Shown here piece after piece: positions 35,901 through 47,200 of a stretch of 64,000 nucleotides of DNA. How positions within the stretch are numbered: the first letter of the stretch is position 1; the number at the start of each line of letters is the position of its first letter. The position numbers were made by a program, and so were the translations under genes. The DNA lies in assembly GCA_023231475.1 (NCBI GenBank), contig JALJEE010002436.1:248001-312000 (forward strand), read 5' to 3'. The stretch is from Seison nebaliae (Eukaryota). Below the pieces are notes generated by a model. The model was not told the origin of the DNA. It worked only from the letters and a program-made list of their open reading frames with translations, and ran no database searches.

Positions 35901-38900
35901 TTTATTACCTTCGCCATTAAATCATATCAATATCCATATGCAAGGTGGTAATATTATTATGATGCAAAAGGAGAAAAGGAATACTGTTGAGAGGTTAAAT
36001 TCAATTTTAATTTAAGAATATCAATTTAATGATTTGTTGTTATAGTCGTAAAACTCCATTTACTATTCTAATTGCTTTAAATAAACAGAATGAAGCATTC
36101 GGTGACTTTTTCTGGGATGATGGAATTTCCATCAGTTTCCTTTTCTATTTAATTACAAGAAATTTATTCTTTTTCGTGTTTGTTTTTTCTTATTAACAGA
36201 AACATATCCTATAGAAGCAAAACTTTTATTTACTGATTCATTCCAATATATCATCAATAAAAAGATCTCGATTGATACGATTATTTCAAATTCTCTGGAA
36301 AAAATTGTCATTTATGGATATGAGAAATATGATCCGAAGAAAAAATTCTATTTCACTATACCTGACAAATCTTCTGTACAATTGACTACGGATTATGATT
36401 CGGTTAAGCTTTTCATTTTTTTTCTTATAAAATAATTTCTCAATCTGATAAAGTATAATCAAGTTCTCACCATAAAAATGCCTCTATCAAATTCCGGTTA
36501 TCTCAATGCCGATTTCCATGTACATGCTGGAGAGTTATTCGTTTAATTGACGAAAACTAAAAACCAAAATTTATTCCATTCTCAGATTCAAATCGAAGTC
36601 ATATATCGATTGTTTGCCAAATCAAAAAGTTCCTGAAGAAAGTCTGAAAAGTTTATGTTTATCTTACAACTGCAAATACCGTGATATCGGTAATGATTTC
36701 GGAAATAATGTTCCGAGATGTTCAATTTCCAAGTTTCTTTAATTTTAATTTTATTTAAATTTTTTCTATTTTTACTATTTTTAATTGAAGAAATACTCTC
36801 CATTATACGGTAGCGGAATTTCATAAAGATAATGATTATTTCCATTTATCGGAAACCGTTTTCCATAAGAATGGCGGCATACAATGGGAAGATTCGGGAA
36901 CGAATTTTGTTCAAGAAATTTCCATGTCAATTGTCACAACCGATTACGGAACATTTATAACAGTTTTTTTTTAAATTTTCATCAATTTTTTCTTAATCAT
37001 TTCTTCCTTTAGTTCTCTGATACTCATCATTTAAATCGACCGAAAACGGCCGATTTCCTTCAAATTCAACGACCTACTCCTGATAACATCGATAATGATT
37101 TGTTAGATGTGGACATTAGTAGCGTAGTAGGTGAAGATTTCAGATTGAAGATTAATAGGAGAAATGGAATAACATTGTTCATTATTTTTTCATCTCTTAT
37201 TTAAATCATAAAGTTTCCGTTTTTTTACAGATTAGACACAACATCATATGATTCACCATTAGCATTTGAAGATAAATATCTACATATTGCTTGGCAATTA
37301 GCAACAACGAATTGTGAAGGAATTACTGATAATGAGGATATGTCGAAACTGTTTAAGGAAACTTTAGTCACAACATTCTTTATTCGAGAAGTTTTTCTTC
37401 TTCAATAATAACTCAATTCATTTCTCATACTAAATCAGAATAAACAAGATTCCATTCCGTATTATATTTGTAAAGAGCCATCTGGTGATGTACATGGAGT
37501 TCTCTTCTTAAACGGTGCCCTTCAAGGTTAATTTAACATTTCTCTTTCAAATTTTTAATGATTTCAAGAATTTTGGAGTGAGCCACCCAAAAATTTCGTT
37601 TACAAAACAATTGGAGGATTAATGGAATTTATCATTTTCCCCGGACCAAGCTTAAAAGATGTCACTAATCAATTTAATTCGGTTTCTTATTTCATGTCTA
37701 AATTGTTGTATTTTTAATTTTTGAGTAGTTATTTGACAGAAAATCGAAAGTAAACGATCATGAATTCCAGTCACTTCAACAAGTTCCTTTCTTATTTTTT
37801 TTGGATTATTTTCAAAATTAAATTAATTTCCATAGATAAATAGCCAAACGGAGATTGTTAGATTATTATTATTCTAAAATATAGTTCAAATTGTGTAATA
37901 GAAACCGATTGGAATTAAAGCCAGTCAGGTCTCTATCGGTTTGCAACCGTATTTAATGAAGAATTCTGATTTTGTTAATCTCGAATTGGCATCACTCCTC
38001 ACTACTAATGTTATTATAAATATTTCCACTAATTTATCTATCAAAAATTAATGTTTTTTTCAGGATCTTGGTATAAAAACATATTACATCGATTATTTCC
38101 ATATCGAACAGAATACGGACTACTTTACAGGACAAAAGAATGATACAAAAATATTCGTTAAATTTTTCTATAATTCAAATTATATTTTATTTAAATTTTG
38201 AATTATATAGGTGAAAAATTATCCTTATATACACAAGAATGCGAAACAATGTAGTCAATTACTTCATCTAAATATTCCTTCATATCCAATCCGTTAAAAT
38301 TCTTTGATATTTCCTCAATTTATATTTTCGTTTTTTTTAAAGATTTATGTTCGGAAATGAGACAATCTCAATGTGAATTGAGTGCACACACATTCTGCAT
38401 GGACACAATTCATCAGGCACATAACGAAGCTTATTATCATTACAATCTTCATAACTTATATCCTTATGAACAAACGAGGAAATGGAATAGAAATGGTTTT
38501 AAAAATATATATTCCGAATCCGTCACACCTGGAATATCATTTTATTCTGGAGTCATTATTCAGAATAATGTCCTCCATTATTTAAGGAGATATAGTTATA
38601 TTGGAATAACTTCAGTTTCGCTTAAATTTCTTTCATTAATTTCATCATTTTTTTTCTTTAAGTTCTCTTTAAATTTAGATAAAGTCATTTGGCAATCTCT
38701 TACGAAATATCTTCCACTCTTTACACATTTCGTTCCAAATTCAAATGTTATTTTCATAATTTCAATAATTTCTCCACATTTTCCTCATAATTTAGACTCG
38801 AAGAAGTGATTTCGAGAAATTTGACAAATATTCGGGACATAGACGTGCAATGGAAGTAGTAGCTTCCCAGATGAAATTATCTATATTCGCTTCTGTTCAA

Positions 38901-39561
38901 ATGATGTTATCATTTTCTTATATAAACTTTTGAAATAGTTTCATAAAAACCATACGTAGTAAAGAGTATGATACGGAGAAGAATAACAATCATAAATGTG
39001 TCAGTTGGGGAAAATGTGTAATAGTTTGTGATACGAATGATGATGGAAAATTATATTTGTCGCAGAATGAAAGACTTATGGATATCAAAACCGTTCATTT
39101 TCCGTTTTTCTTTCTTCGTTTATTTATAATTATATTATAAAGAAAAAAATGATCCAATCGAATAATGTGGTAAACATTTATCAAAACAATGACGATCTCC
39201 AATACTTCTTGACTTCTGGTTCTATATTTGTTGAACAAAAGTTAATTTGTCTCTGATCAATAATCAATTTCTATGATGTTCTATAGTAACTTTAACCTGA
39301 ACGTCTATGCTGTATTGGATGAAAAACAATTTGCCAATGGTCATTTTTATTTAGGTTTATTTTCATTTTATTTTTATCTTAATTCAAACTACAAAATTTT
39401 AAGAGGGAAAATTATACGATATTGAATATGAAAATGGACAATTTGTTAGTCTTGTTTAATCATTCTCCTATACTCATTTATTTGTCTTTCAGGAATGGTA
39501 TCATTTTAGTAATTATCTATTACCATCATCAAGTTATACGATATCTTATCAGAAATTCTGA
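32928..39561 (+). CDS. Secreted GH31 alpha-glucosidase (maltase-glucoamylase/sucrase-isomaltase-like) with two tandem trefoil+GH31 modules; many short introns
   Basis: Signal peptide, trefoil RIDCVP..CTERGCKW..VPWCYY, YGLGE, NLYGAHPFFM, GPKPEDVIKQY..PYWSLGFQLCRWGY, catalytic WIDMNEP, GHWSGDN, GSDICGF, RWHQVGAFYPMSRNHN, FFWDDG. A splice at about 36534-36585 continues in frame into a second trefoil (YIDCLP..CLSYNCKY..VPRC) and a divergent second GH31 module (HGVLFLNG, KTIGGLMEFIIFPGP, HYNLHNLY). The 3' end (TGA 39561) is less certain. Confidence 0.88.
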
Positions 39562-39676
39562 TACGTATTTGAAGAAAAAAAACAGAACGATTAATTTGAG
39601 AAAAACAAAACGTTTATTATTTCGATTATAATATTTTTTCAAATTTATACATTAATAAAATTATTCAATTTAAAAT

Positions 39677-40513
39677 TCATTCTTCATCTGATGACGAAGA
39701 GGAATTAGAATCAGATGAAGATGAATCATCATCTGATGAGGAATTTGATTCAAGTTCATCCAAAACAGTTGGTACCATTCGAGGTGCCGTTTTCAAGAAA
39801 TTTCGACTTTCTTCAGTTAGTGCTCCGAGTTCGATAGCCGTGAAAAAGTTGATTGAGAATCGAGTGTTGACGGGATTGTCTTTTGGAAAGATTCCTTCGA
39901 AATATTCCACCATCATTCGATCATGAAGACGTTCGTTCAATTTAGGAATTCCCATCGCTTCTGATAATTCTTGAAAAAGGATTTTGATAAAAATTCTGGA
40001 AGAAGAAGTTGTGTCAGATTGAGTTAATTTGATAATACTTAAAATTTTCCAATCGATTGAATCCGTCGCTAATAAATGAGCATATAATGTTACTGTATTT
40101 CTCAATTTGATCGTTTCTAATCGATGACATGTGACATATTGTTCTTCGAATATCTTCTCAAAAGTATCACGAAAAATTTTGCGAATTTGACAAAATTTCT
40201 GAGCGAGAAATCCGAAGAATTTTTCATAAATTCTTTGCTGTGCACAACAATCAGTGATCATATGACAAATCTCTTCTTGTTGATCTTCTTTCAATTGCAT
40301 TTTCAATAATTTATGTGCACATTCATCATGACTGAGAGAGGATTGTATAGTCAAATAAATCGTTCTTCTCAATTGAACGATATTCGTATCAGTTTGATCA
40401 ATAATCACTTGTTTCTTTTCATTTCCCATTTTCTCATCATCTCCATCATATCCTCCTCCGTTCTCTTCATCATCATTATCGTCATCATAACCTTCTTCGT
40501 CACTATCATCATC

Positions 40514-40546
<33 letters not shown>

Positions 40547-41398
40547 CCCTAAAATTCGTTGTTTCAATGAAATATATTTATTTTCATTCTCTTCAAATTG
40601 TTCATCGAATTGAAAAATGTCCAACATTCGTTCCATTTTCATATCTTCATCATCTAAAGATAGAACATGAGTATATTTATCGTCTTCACTAATGAGATCT
40701 AATTCTTGAGGAATAGCTGGATAATCTTTGAAACCGTCTTTTCTGATAGCGAAGAAAACTTCGATCATAAATTGTGAACGTTCATTCACATCGTTCTCAT
40801 GAAGACTATCTCTCAATTTCGCTGAAATGGCATTCATCGCTTTTGGTGACGTTTCCATCAACGTCTGTCCAACTTCCTTCAGAAATTCTACAGCTACTTC
40901 GATAGAATCGGATGAGATATTTTCTAATAACAAAGCGAGAATTTCCAAGGCAATTATTTCGTGGGCCATTTTCTGATTGACGAGATGTGCAATGAATTTG
41001 CACGACGATCTGCACATTCTCTTTCGATTACGACGATAAGCCATTTTGAATTGGAGAATTAATCGCGTCAATATCAGTTGACCAATCATCGGGAATTTCG
41101 TGTTAATGATGGAAATGAGAGCGGCGTATACTGAAGTGAATGCTGGTGAATCCATTTGGGAAGTCATAACTGAACGTGCGAATAATCCTCTTCCTCTAAT
41201 CAAATTAATTTTGAAATATTCATGAACAATATTCCCAATGTTACTAATATTGACTTTATTGGAAAGACCGTTGATCTTCTTCCGTAATGAATCCCATGCT
41301 AATCGTTGATATTCCTCACAATTCTTATCTTTTATTTTCTCTTGTAAACGTGCTAATTTCGATGGAGGAATATATGCACCTCCAGTTAAATGCGACAT
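39677..41398 (-). CDS. CWC22: Pre-mRNA splicing factor CWC22 (MIF4G + MA3), intronless
   Basis: TGGAYIPP, YQRLAWDSLRKKINGLSNKVN, NLIRGRGL, RRTIYLTIQSSL..ECAHKLLK, TTSSSRIFIKILFQEL, NTRFSINFFTAIELGALT. Confidence 0.96.
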
Positions 41399-41819
41399 CT
41401 TTCCGTTCTTTTTAACTTTATAATTTATTTCAAAATTATTTTCCGTTTTTATTAAAAAGAAACTTTCAATTCTCTATTGTAAGCGATTCACCTTTGAAAA
41501 ACGGGAAAAAGAATCATTTTGAAAAAATAAGCTTCAAATTCTTTTTTCTTTTTTCACCTTCTTAAATAAAAAATCTTCAAATTCTGTTTATTCGTATCTC
41601 ATTCGTATCATCATTCCTGTCTTATAATTCGTTGCAAACTAATCGAAAAAATTAAAATGTTATATTTTTCTGTTTTTCTTCGCCTGTAACATTTTACTTT
41701 TTATAATATAGTACATTAAGCCATTAATCGTATTATCTTTAGTATATGTATATGTTTGTCTATGATTAGGAAAGGAGGAAAGGTCAAGAAATGATTCTAA
41801 CCCCCATCACTAACGAAAT

Positions 41820-42270
41820 GAATTACTTTCCCCACAAGCGATCGACTTCTTAAATTCATTAATTATATAATTGGTATATTCCAATATTGAGACGCCAAAA
41901 AAAGTAGGGAAAGCTTTGTTTAGAACTTAAAATCTATCGTCCTGCCGTGGTCGCCAAATGTAATGTGTAGATTTATTAATAAAAGTAATAATTGATTCTT
42001 TGAATCGAAAAATATATAAATGGAATAGCAAACGAAAAAGGTGATGATCTTCAGTTCATTCTTTTCTTTTATAGATCGTCATTTCCGCTTTTTGACATAG
42101 ATAGTTCCTTTTTTTACATTTAAATCAATGTCAATCCTACAAAAGAATACTATCAAGCGCTTACTTTCAAGTTAGGAGAATCACTTTCCCCATGACCGAT
42201 CGACTCTTTAAATTTACTTGACACATGCTTATCATATTCAAATGTAGGCATTGTCGAAAAAATAAGGCAG
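41820..42270 (+). repeat. Pair of diverged direct repeats of about 90 bp (near 41820-41912 and 42178-42270)
   Basis: gaattactttccccacaagcgatcgacttcttaaatt... versus gaatcactttccccatgaccgatcgactctttaaatt..., with colinear similarity continuing through atattc.aat...aaaaaa. Confidence 0.6.
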
Positions 42271-42377
42271 AATATTTTTATTCTATCTTATTCAATAAAA
42301 GATTCAAGAGACATTATGTGAATTGTAAATTTTAAATTTATTTAGGAAATATTGTAAAAAAATTAAATATTTAAAAT

Positions 42378-43043
42378 TTAAATATAAATTGGATTAATTT
42401 CCGGTATGGGATTCATATCATTATTCTTCTTCATTTGAATGTTATGAACTTTCTGCATCAAAGTGAAAAATTGAGGAGTATTTGATTTGACATTAATCGA
42501 TCGGATGATTATAAATTGATCCTTCGATTTTGATAAGACGAATTGGGTCAAACAGTCGCCTACTCGATTCTTGAAAATGGTTTGAGATGGGAAAGTATTT
42601 TGGATTATTCGATTTCCTTTAATTTTCATGAGGGCGGAAGTAGATAATTCCAAAGGAGTCATAAAATTTCTTGGACTATTTTCCTCCACGTACATAAACA
42701 GACTTCCAACAAAAAACGTTTCAAAGAGAAATTTGAAGGATTCGATCGATTCACATTCGCTGTAAAGTCCAATCGATTTCACAAGAACTTCGTTCGACTC
42801 AGTCAAGTATAAACTGAGAATCTTTTTTCCATTCACTTCTACAATAGACGAAATATCTTTTGTACTTGATAACGTCAATGAATTTAATTCATCTGAAATG
42901 AGAATGAAATTGTATTTCTTCTTTTCCTTAATTCGATCATCCAATTTGTGAAGTTTTCCTTCGAAACTCTTTTCAGTCTCCTCATTCGCATATGTCGTTA
43001 GTGCTCTTGTCGTGGGAAAGACGACTCCTTCATCGGACAACAT
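42378..43043 (-). CDS. Hypothetical protein (221 aa or longer), no recognised domain
   Basis: Long uninterrupted ORF with coding-like composition; a possible upstream acceptor lies near 43071. Confidence 0.5.
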   Translation of the reverse strand: MLSDEGVVFPTTRALTTYANEETEKSFEGKLHKLDDRIKEKKKYNFILISDELNSLTLSSTKDISSIVEVNGKKILSLYLTESNEVLVKSIGLYSECESIESFKFLFETFFVGSLFMYVEENSPRNFMTPLELSTSALMKIKGNRIIQNTFPSQTIFKNRVGDCLTQFVLSKSKDQFIIIRSINVKSNTPQFFTLMQKVHNIQMKKNNDMNPIPEINPIYI

Positions 43044-44276
43044 ATTCCAATTTTATAAATTATTAACAGCCTGAAATTCATAATATTTTATTAATTTCGA
43101 ATTGACAAAATTTTATTTTTATTCAGTTCTATTCATATATATGGTCACTGGTCACCTAATGAAGTGCATATAGTTTTCTAACTTTTTAAAACTCTTACTA
43201 AACATGAAAAAAACTAAAGATCACTAAAGAATGAAAGAACATGCTGATTTTTACAAATTAGTTCAGTTCTAACTTGAGTTCAACTAAAAACTTGAAGGTG
43301 TTAATATGGAGGGGAGCCTATCACATACTCTAAATATGAATATAGAATATAAAATTATATCAATATCAAATAATTTCAATGATTATGATTAATATGCCAA
43401 TTCAATAAATTCCAAAATTTATTTCAGAAATCTTACAATTTAAATAATGAAAAAAAAATTATTTTCTTGAAAAATTAAACACTACCCAATGATGGCATGA
43501 GATAGTAGATCTGTAAAAGAATATTTTGCTTCGATAAATTGAAACTTTAAATTGATTTTATATAAATAAACGATTATACTCAAAAAACCACAAACTTACA
43601 TAAATGTTAGATAGACTTTGTTAGATGAGAATAAGAATTATATTATTTGTTTTGAGAAGGAAACAACCCTAATTTCAGCACAACGATTGGGGAATTGCGT
43701 AGGCCGAGTGCTTGTTGAAAGCATCTATTTTAAGTTTACATTCAATAACGAACGTCCGAGATAATGGAATGTCAATACTGTATGTGTCAATAGATCTATG
43801 GAATGAAGAGGAATTCTGTAGAATCACCAACAATACAATAATTTCTGTTTGAACTCAGGTAATGGAAAGATGAGAAATATGAGTTATTATTTTTTGAATA
43901 ATGAAACGGTTGAGGATGAACAGTAATATATCGAATTCACCACTCCGAAAATTGTTGTTCGGAAAAATAGTTTCGGGGAAAGAGATGGAAAGTTTTTGCT
44001 CAATGGAATGCTCAATGTAACGATTATTTTGAACGTTGGATAAGGAAATATTCGACGTTGCATTTCAAGGACTCGATTGCAGCATTTTCGTTGATATAGG
44101 AGAGTTGAGTCTCAATAGATTTTCTGTGAAAACAACTTTTCTCATTTTCTTCCTTTCTTTTCCCATCACTTCTTCATACCCTTCGATTTGTTAACTAAAA
44201 CTATTAACAGTAGATTCCTCAACAAGAATAAAAGAAACTTGGTTTTTTTTGGAAGAAGAAGGATGAAGAGAGAAGA

Positions 44277-47200
44277 ATGACAGTAATATCAAAACCTCGA
44301 ATTTCCATTTCTGGCAACCGCCAGAGACGGAAATCATTCAACAATGCATTTGGTATAGATCCGATTGATGACAATGAAATTCACAATGAAATATTCAATA
44401 AAAATTCAGTAGATGATATTATTCTTAATCGATCAATCTCATCATTATCTTCTTCTTTAAATTTTCCCACTAATCTAACAAAAACTTTTTTAGCTTCATC
44501 TAATCCTCCCAATTCTGCACCATTTTCCTCTTCAGCTTCATCATTTAGTACGCAGTTCCTCTCACAGCTTAATGGTAGAACTAATGAGAAGCGATGTGAC
44601 GAGAAATTAAAATTTAATTTCTCGCTTGCTTCTACGATTCCGAAAATCACCGCAACAAATTCATTTTCTTTAGCTAATGGTAGTATTTTTAATGAAGAAG
44701 TTATACCTAATAATAACAATAACAACACCAACAAAAATGATAAAATAGTCGATAAACATTTCATAAATATGATTTCTAAAGAATTAATCGATTCAAATAC
44801 TAATAATACTAATAAGAATATTTCAGAGAATTCTAATAAAACGAATAATGACACATCAACTAATTCAAATAATAATAACAATAATAACAATAATAACAAC
44901 AACAATAAGAATACTAACATTAATAATAATAATCAGGAGAATGAGGAGATAATTCGAATGAAACTTAAATCTCCGCATAGGATGACCATGAAATCACCAC
45001 CGAGATTTATCGAGAAACCAAAATCGATAAAAATTCAAGAGGGAAATCGTGGAATTTCTGTTTTCTGCATTGTGACGGGAACACCATCACCTGTCGTCAC
45101 ATGGATGAACAAGGACAATTTAACGGTGTTGGGAGAGAATAAAGATCGACAATTCCGTGTGGAAGTTGAAGATCAATCGAATCATATCGCTAAATATACT
45201 CTACATTTCATCGGAGGAATTAATATGGATTATTCTGGTTCTTATATGGTGAAGGCTGAAAATGAAATTGGACGTGCCGAAACTATTTTCCACGTTAACG
45301 TATTATCATCGAAGGAAGCTGTGGAGGAATCATCAAAATTGAAGCAATCTGTATCAGCAGCTAAATTATATCAGCAGCGATCATCATCAGTAGCGCAGCA
45401 TGATCGAACAAGAAAAGTTCATATGGAAAAGAGACATCATAACTCAACGAAGAGTTTGAGTAATTCGAAACGTGTCCATCGACAAATTGAGTTATCAAGT
45501 GATGAAGAATTCGTTCCTAATCGAAAATTTAAACGTTTATATAATTTTATAAATTTTTTTTTCAAAATCTTCTCCTTTTCAGATCAACGTCAATTATTAA
45601 TCAAACCACTTCCTGATTCAATTATTTGGAATATGAAACATACAGGAAAGTTAATAAGAATTTCATATTAAGTAGTAACATAAATTCTTCAATTTCTTAG
45701 ATTACATGTGATTTGTGAGAAGAATTTGGAGTCGATTTGGATAAAAGATAATGAGAAAATATTCGTTAAGAATCAGTCGATTGATATTAATAAATATACA
45801 GAAATCATAGAATTTAACAAAAAGATGGAATGTGAACGTAGTCTCATCATCAAGAACTTGACTACTTCGGATTCTGGTTTTTATCAATGCATCTTAATTG
45901 ATCCACTTACATCGCAAACTGAACAAACTCAGACTCATGTCAATTTAACAGGTAATTTCTTTTCCCTTCTATTTTTAACCGTTTCATCCAATTTTAATCG
46001 ATAAAAATAATTTCGTAATTTTTATCGACCTTCTCCCATTCTCCCTTCTAATATGTTTCTCCCATTTTCAACCTTCTCAGATAGAACCAAAACTCTTGAG
46101 ACATTACCTGTAGCAAAAACCTTATCTAGAAATATGAGTTCTACAAACAATTCGACAATCTATTTCATCGAACAATTACATCCGTCAGTCATCGCTGCAG
46201 CTGATGGTGTTACACCAATAATATTGCGTTGTCGAATATTCCCATATGAATTTGCTTCATTAACTTTATGGTTCCACAATACTCGACCGATAGTCGAAGA
46301 AAACGATTGGGAACAATCGGAAAATATTACCGAATATAATTTATCAGCATCCCCTAAATTTAAAGTAAATCGGGATGTCTTTACCGGAATCTGTGAATTG
46401 ACAATCCAAGGAGCTGTTTGGGGTTGTCAAGGCTTATATGAATGTATGATTCCTGGATCGAGAATTTATTATAATGATAAATCAGATAAGAGTCGAATGG
46501 ATTTGAAGGCCATTACGAAATGTGCCGTTCGATTAGTTCCCGCTCCAGATGCTGTTGGTGAGAGTATGAAATATTATTTCGATCATAATAAATCTTTAAA
46601 TTCTTCCCGTTAGAATCCTTTTCCTTTTTTTTTAATCAAAAAAAATTCTGCTCCCAAATAACAAATTTGAATTTTATTTAAATTATTTTCCGTTTTAGAA
46701 ACGCCGATTCATATTACTAAAATTCTACCAGATCAGATAACAGTCAAAGAGAATGATAATGCCAAGTTATTTCATTTATATTTCTATAATTATGCATGAT
46801 ATAAAAATAAAAGATTGGAAATCGTTTATTATGGAGATGTCGCACCGGAATGTGTCGAATGGTTTTTCAATGGAAAACCAATATCAGTTGGCAGACATTA
46901 TTCTTTAATGAATGGCGGATTGTCCATTATGAGAGATGAGAATACTCAACAATTGTCACCGAAAAAATATCGATTAGCTCATGAAATCGATAAAACTTCA
47001 TTGATCATTTTGAATGTTGATGAAAATGATGGTGGAGTTTACACCTGTTTAATCAAAGAAGATCTTACACTTCCATCAGAGATTGGTGATAGTGAAGACA
47101 ACAATTTGGAATACGTCGAATCAAAAGATAATATTATTCATTTGAAAAGTGTCCAACGTCGTCAGACGAAACATAAAAGTAATGAATTCAATACCGTTCT

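Noticed and set aside
43670..44120. Coding-like, less AT-rich stretch upstream of the muscle gene
   Set aside because: The frames I translated hit stops within about 40 codons and show no recognisable motif; it may be UTR or decayed sequence, and I cannot support a call.
44381..44920. 179-aa Leu-rich minus-strand ORF
   Set aside because: Antisense reading of (AAT/AAC)n poly-Asn codons in the muscle-protein first exon.
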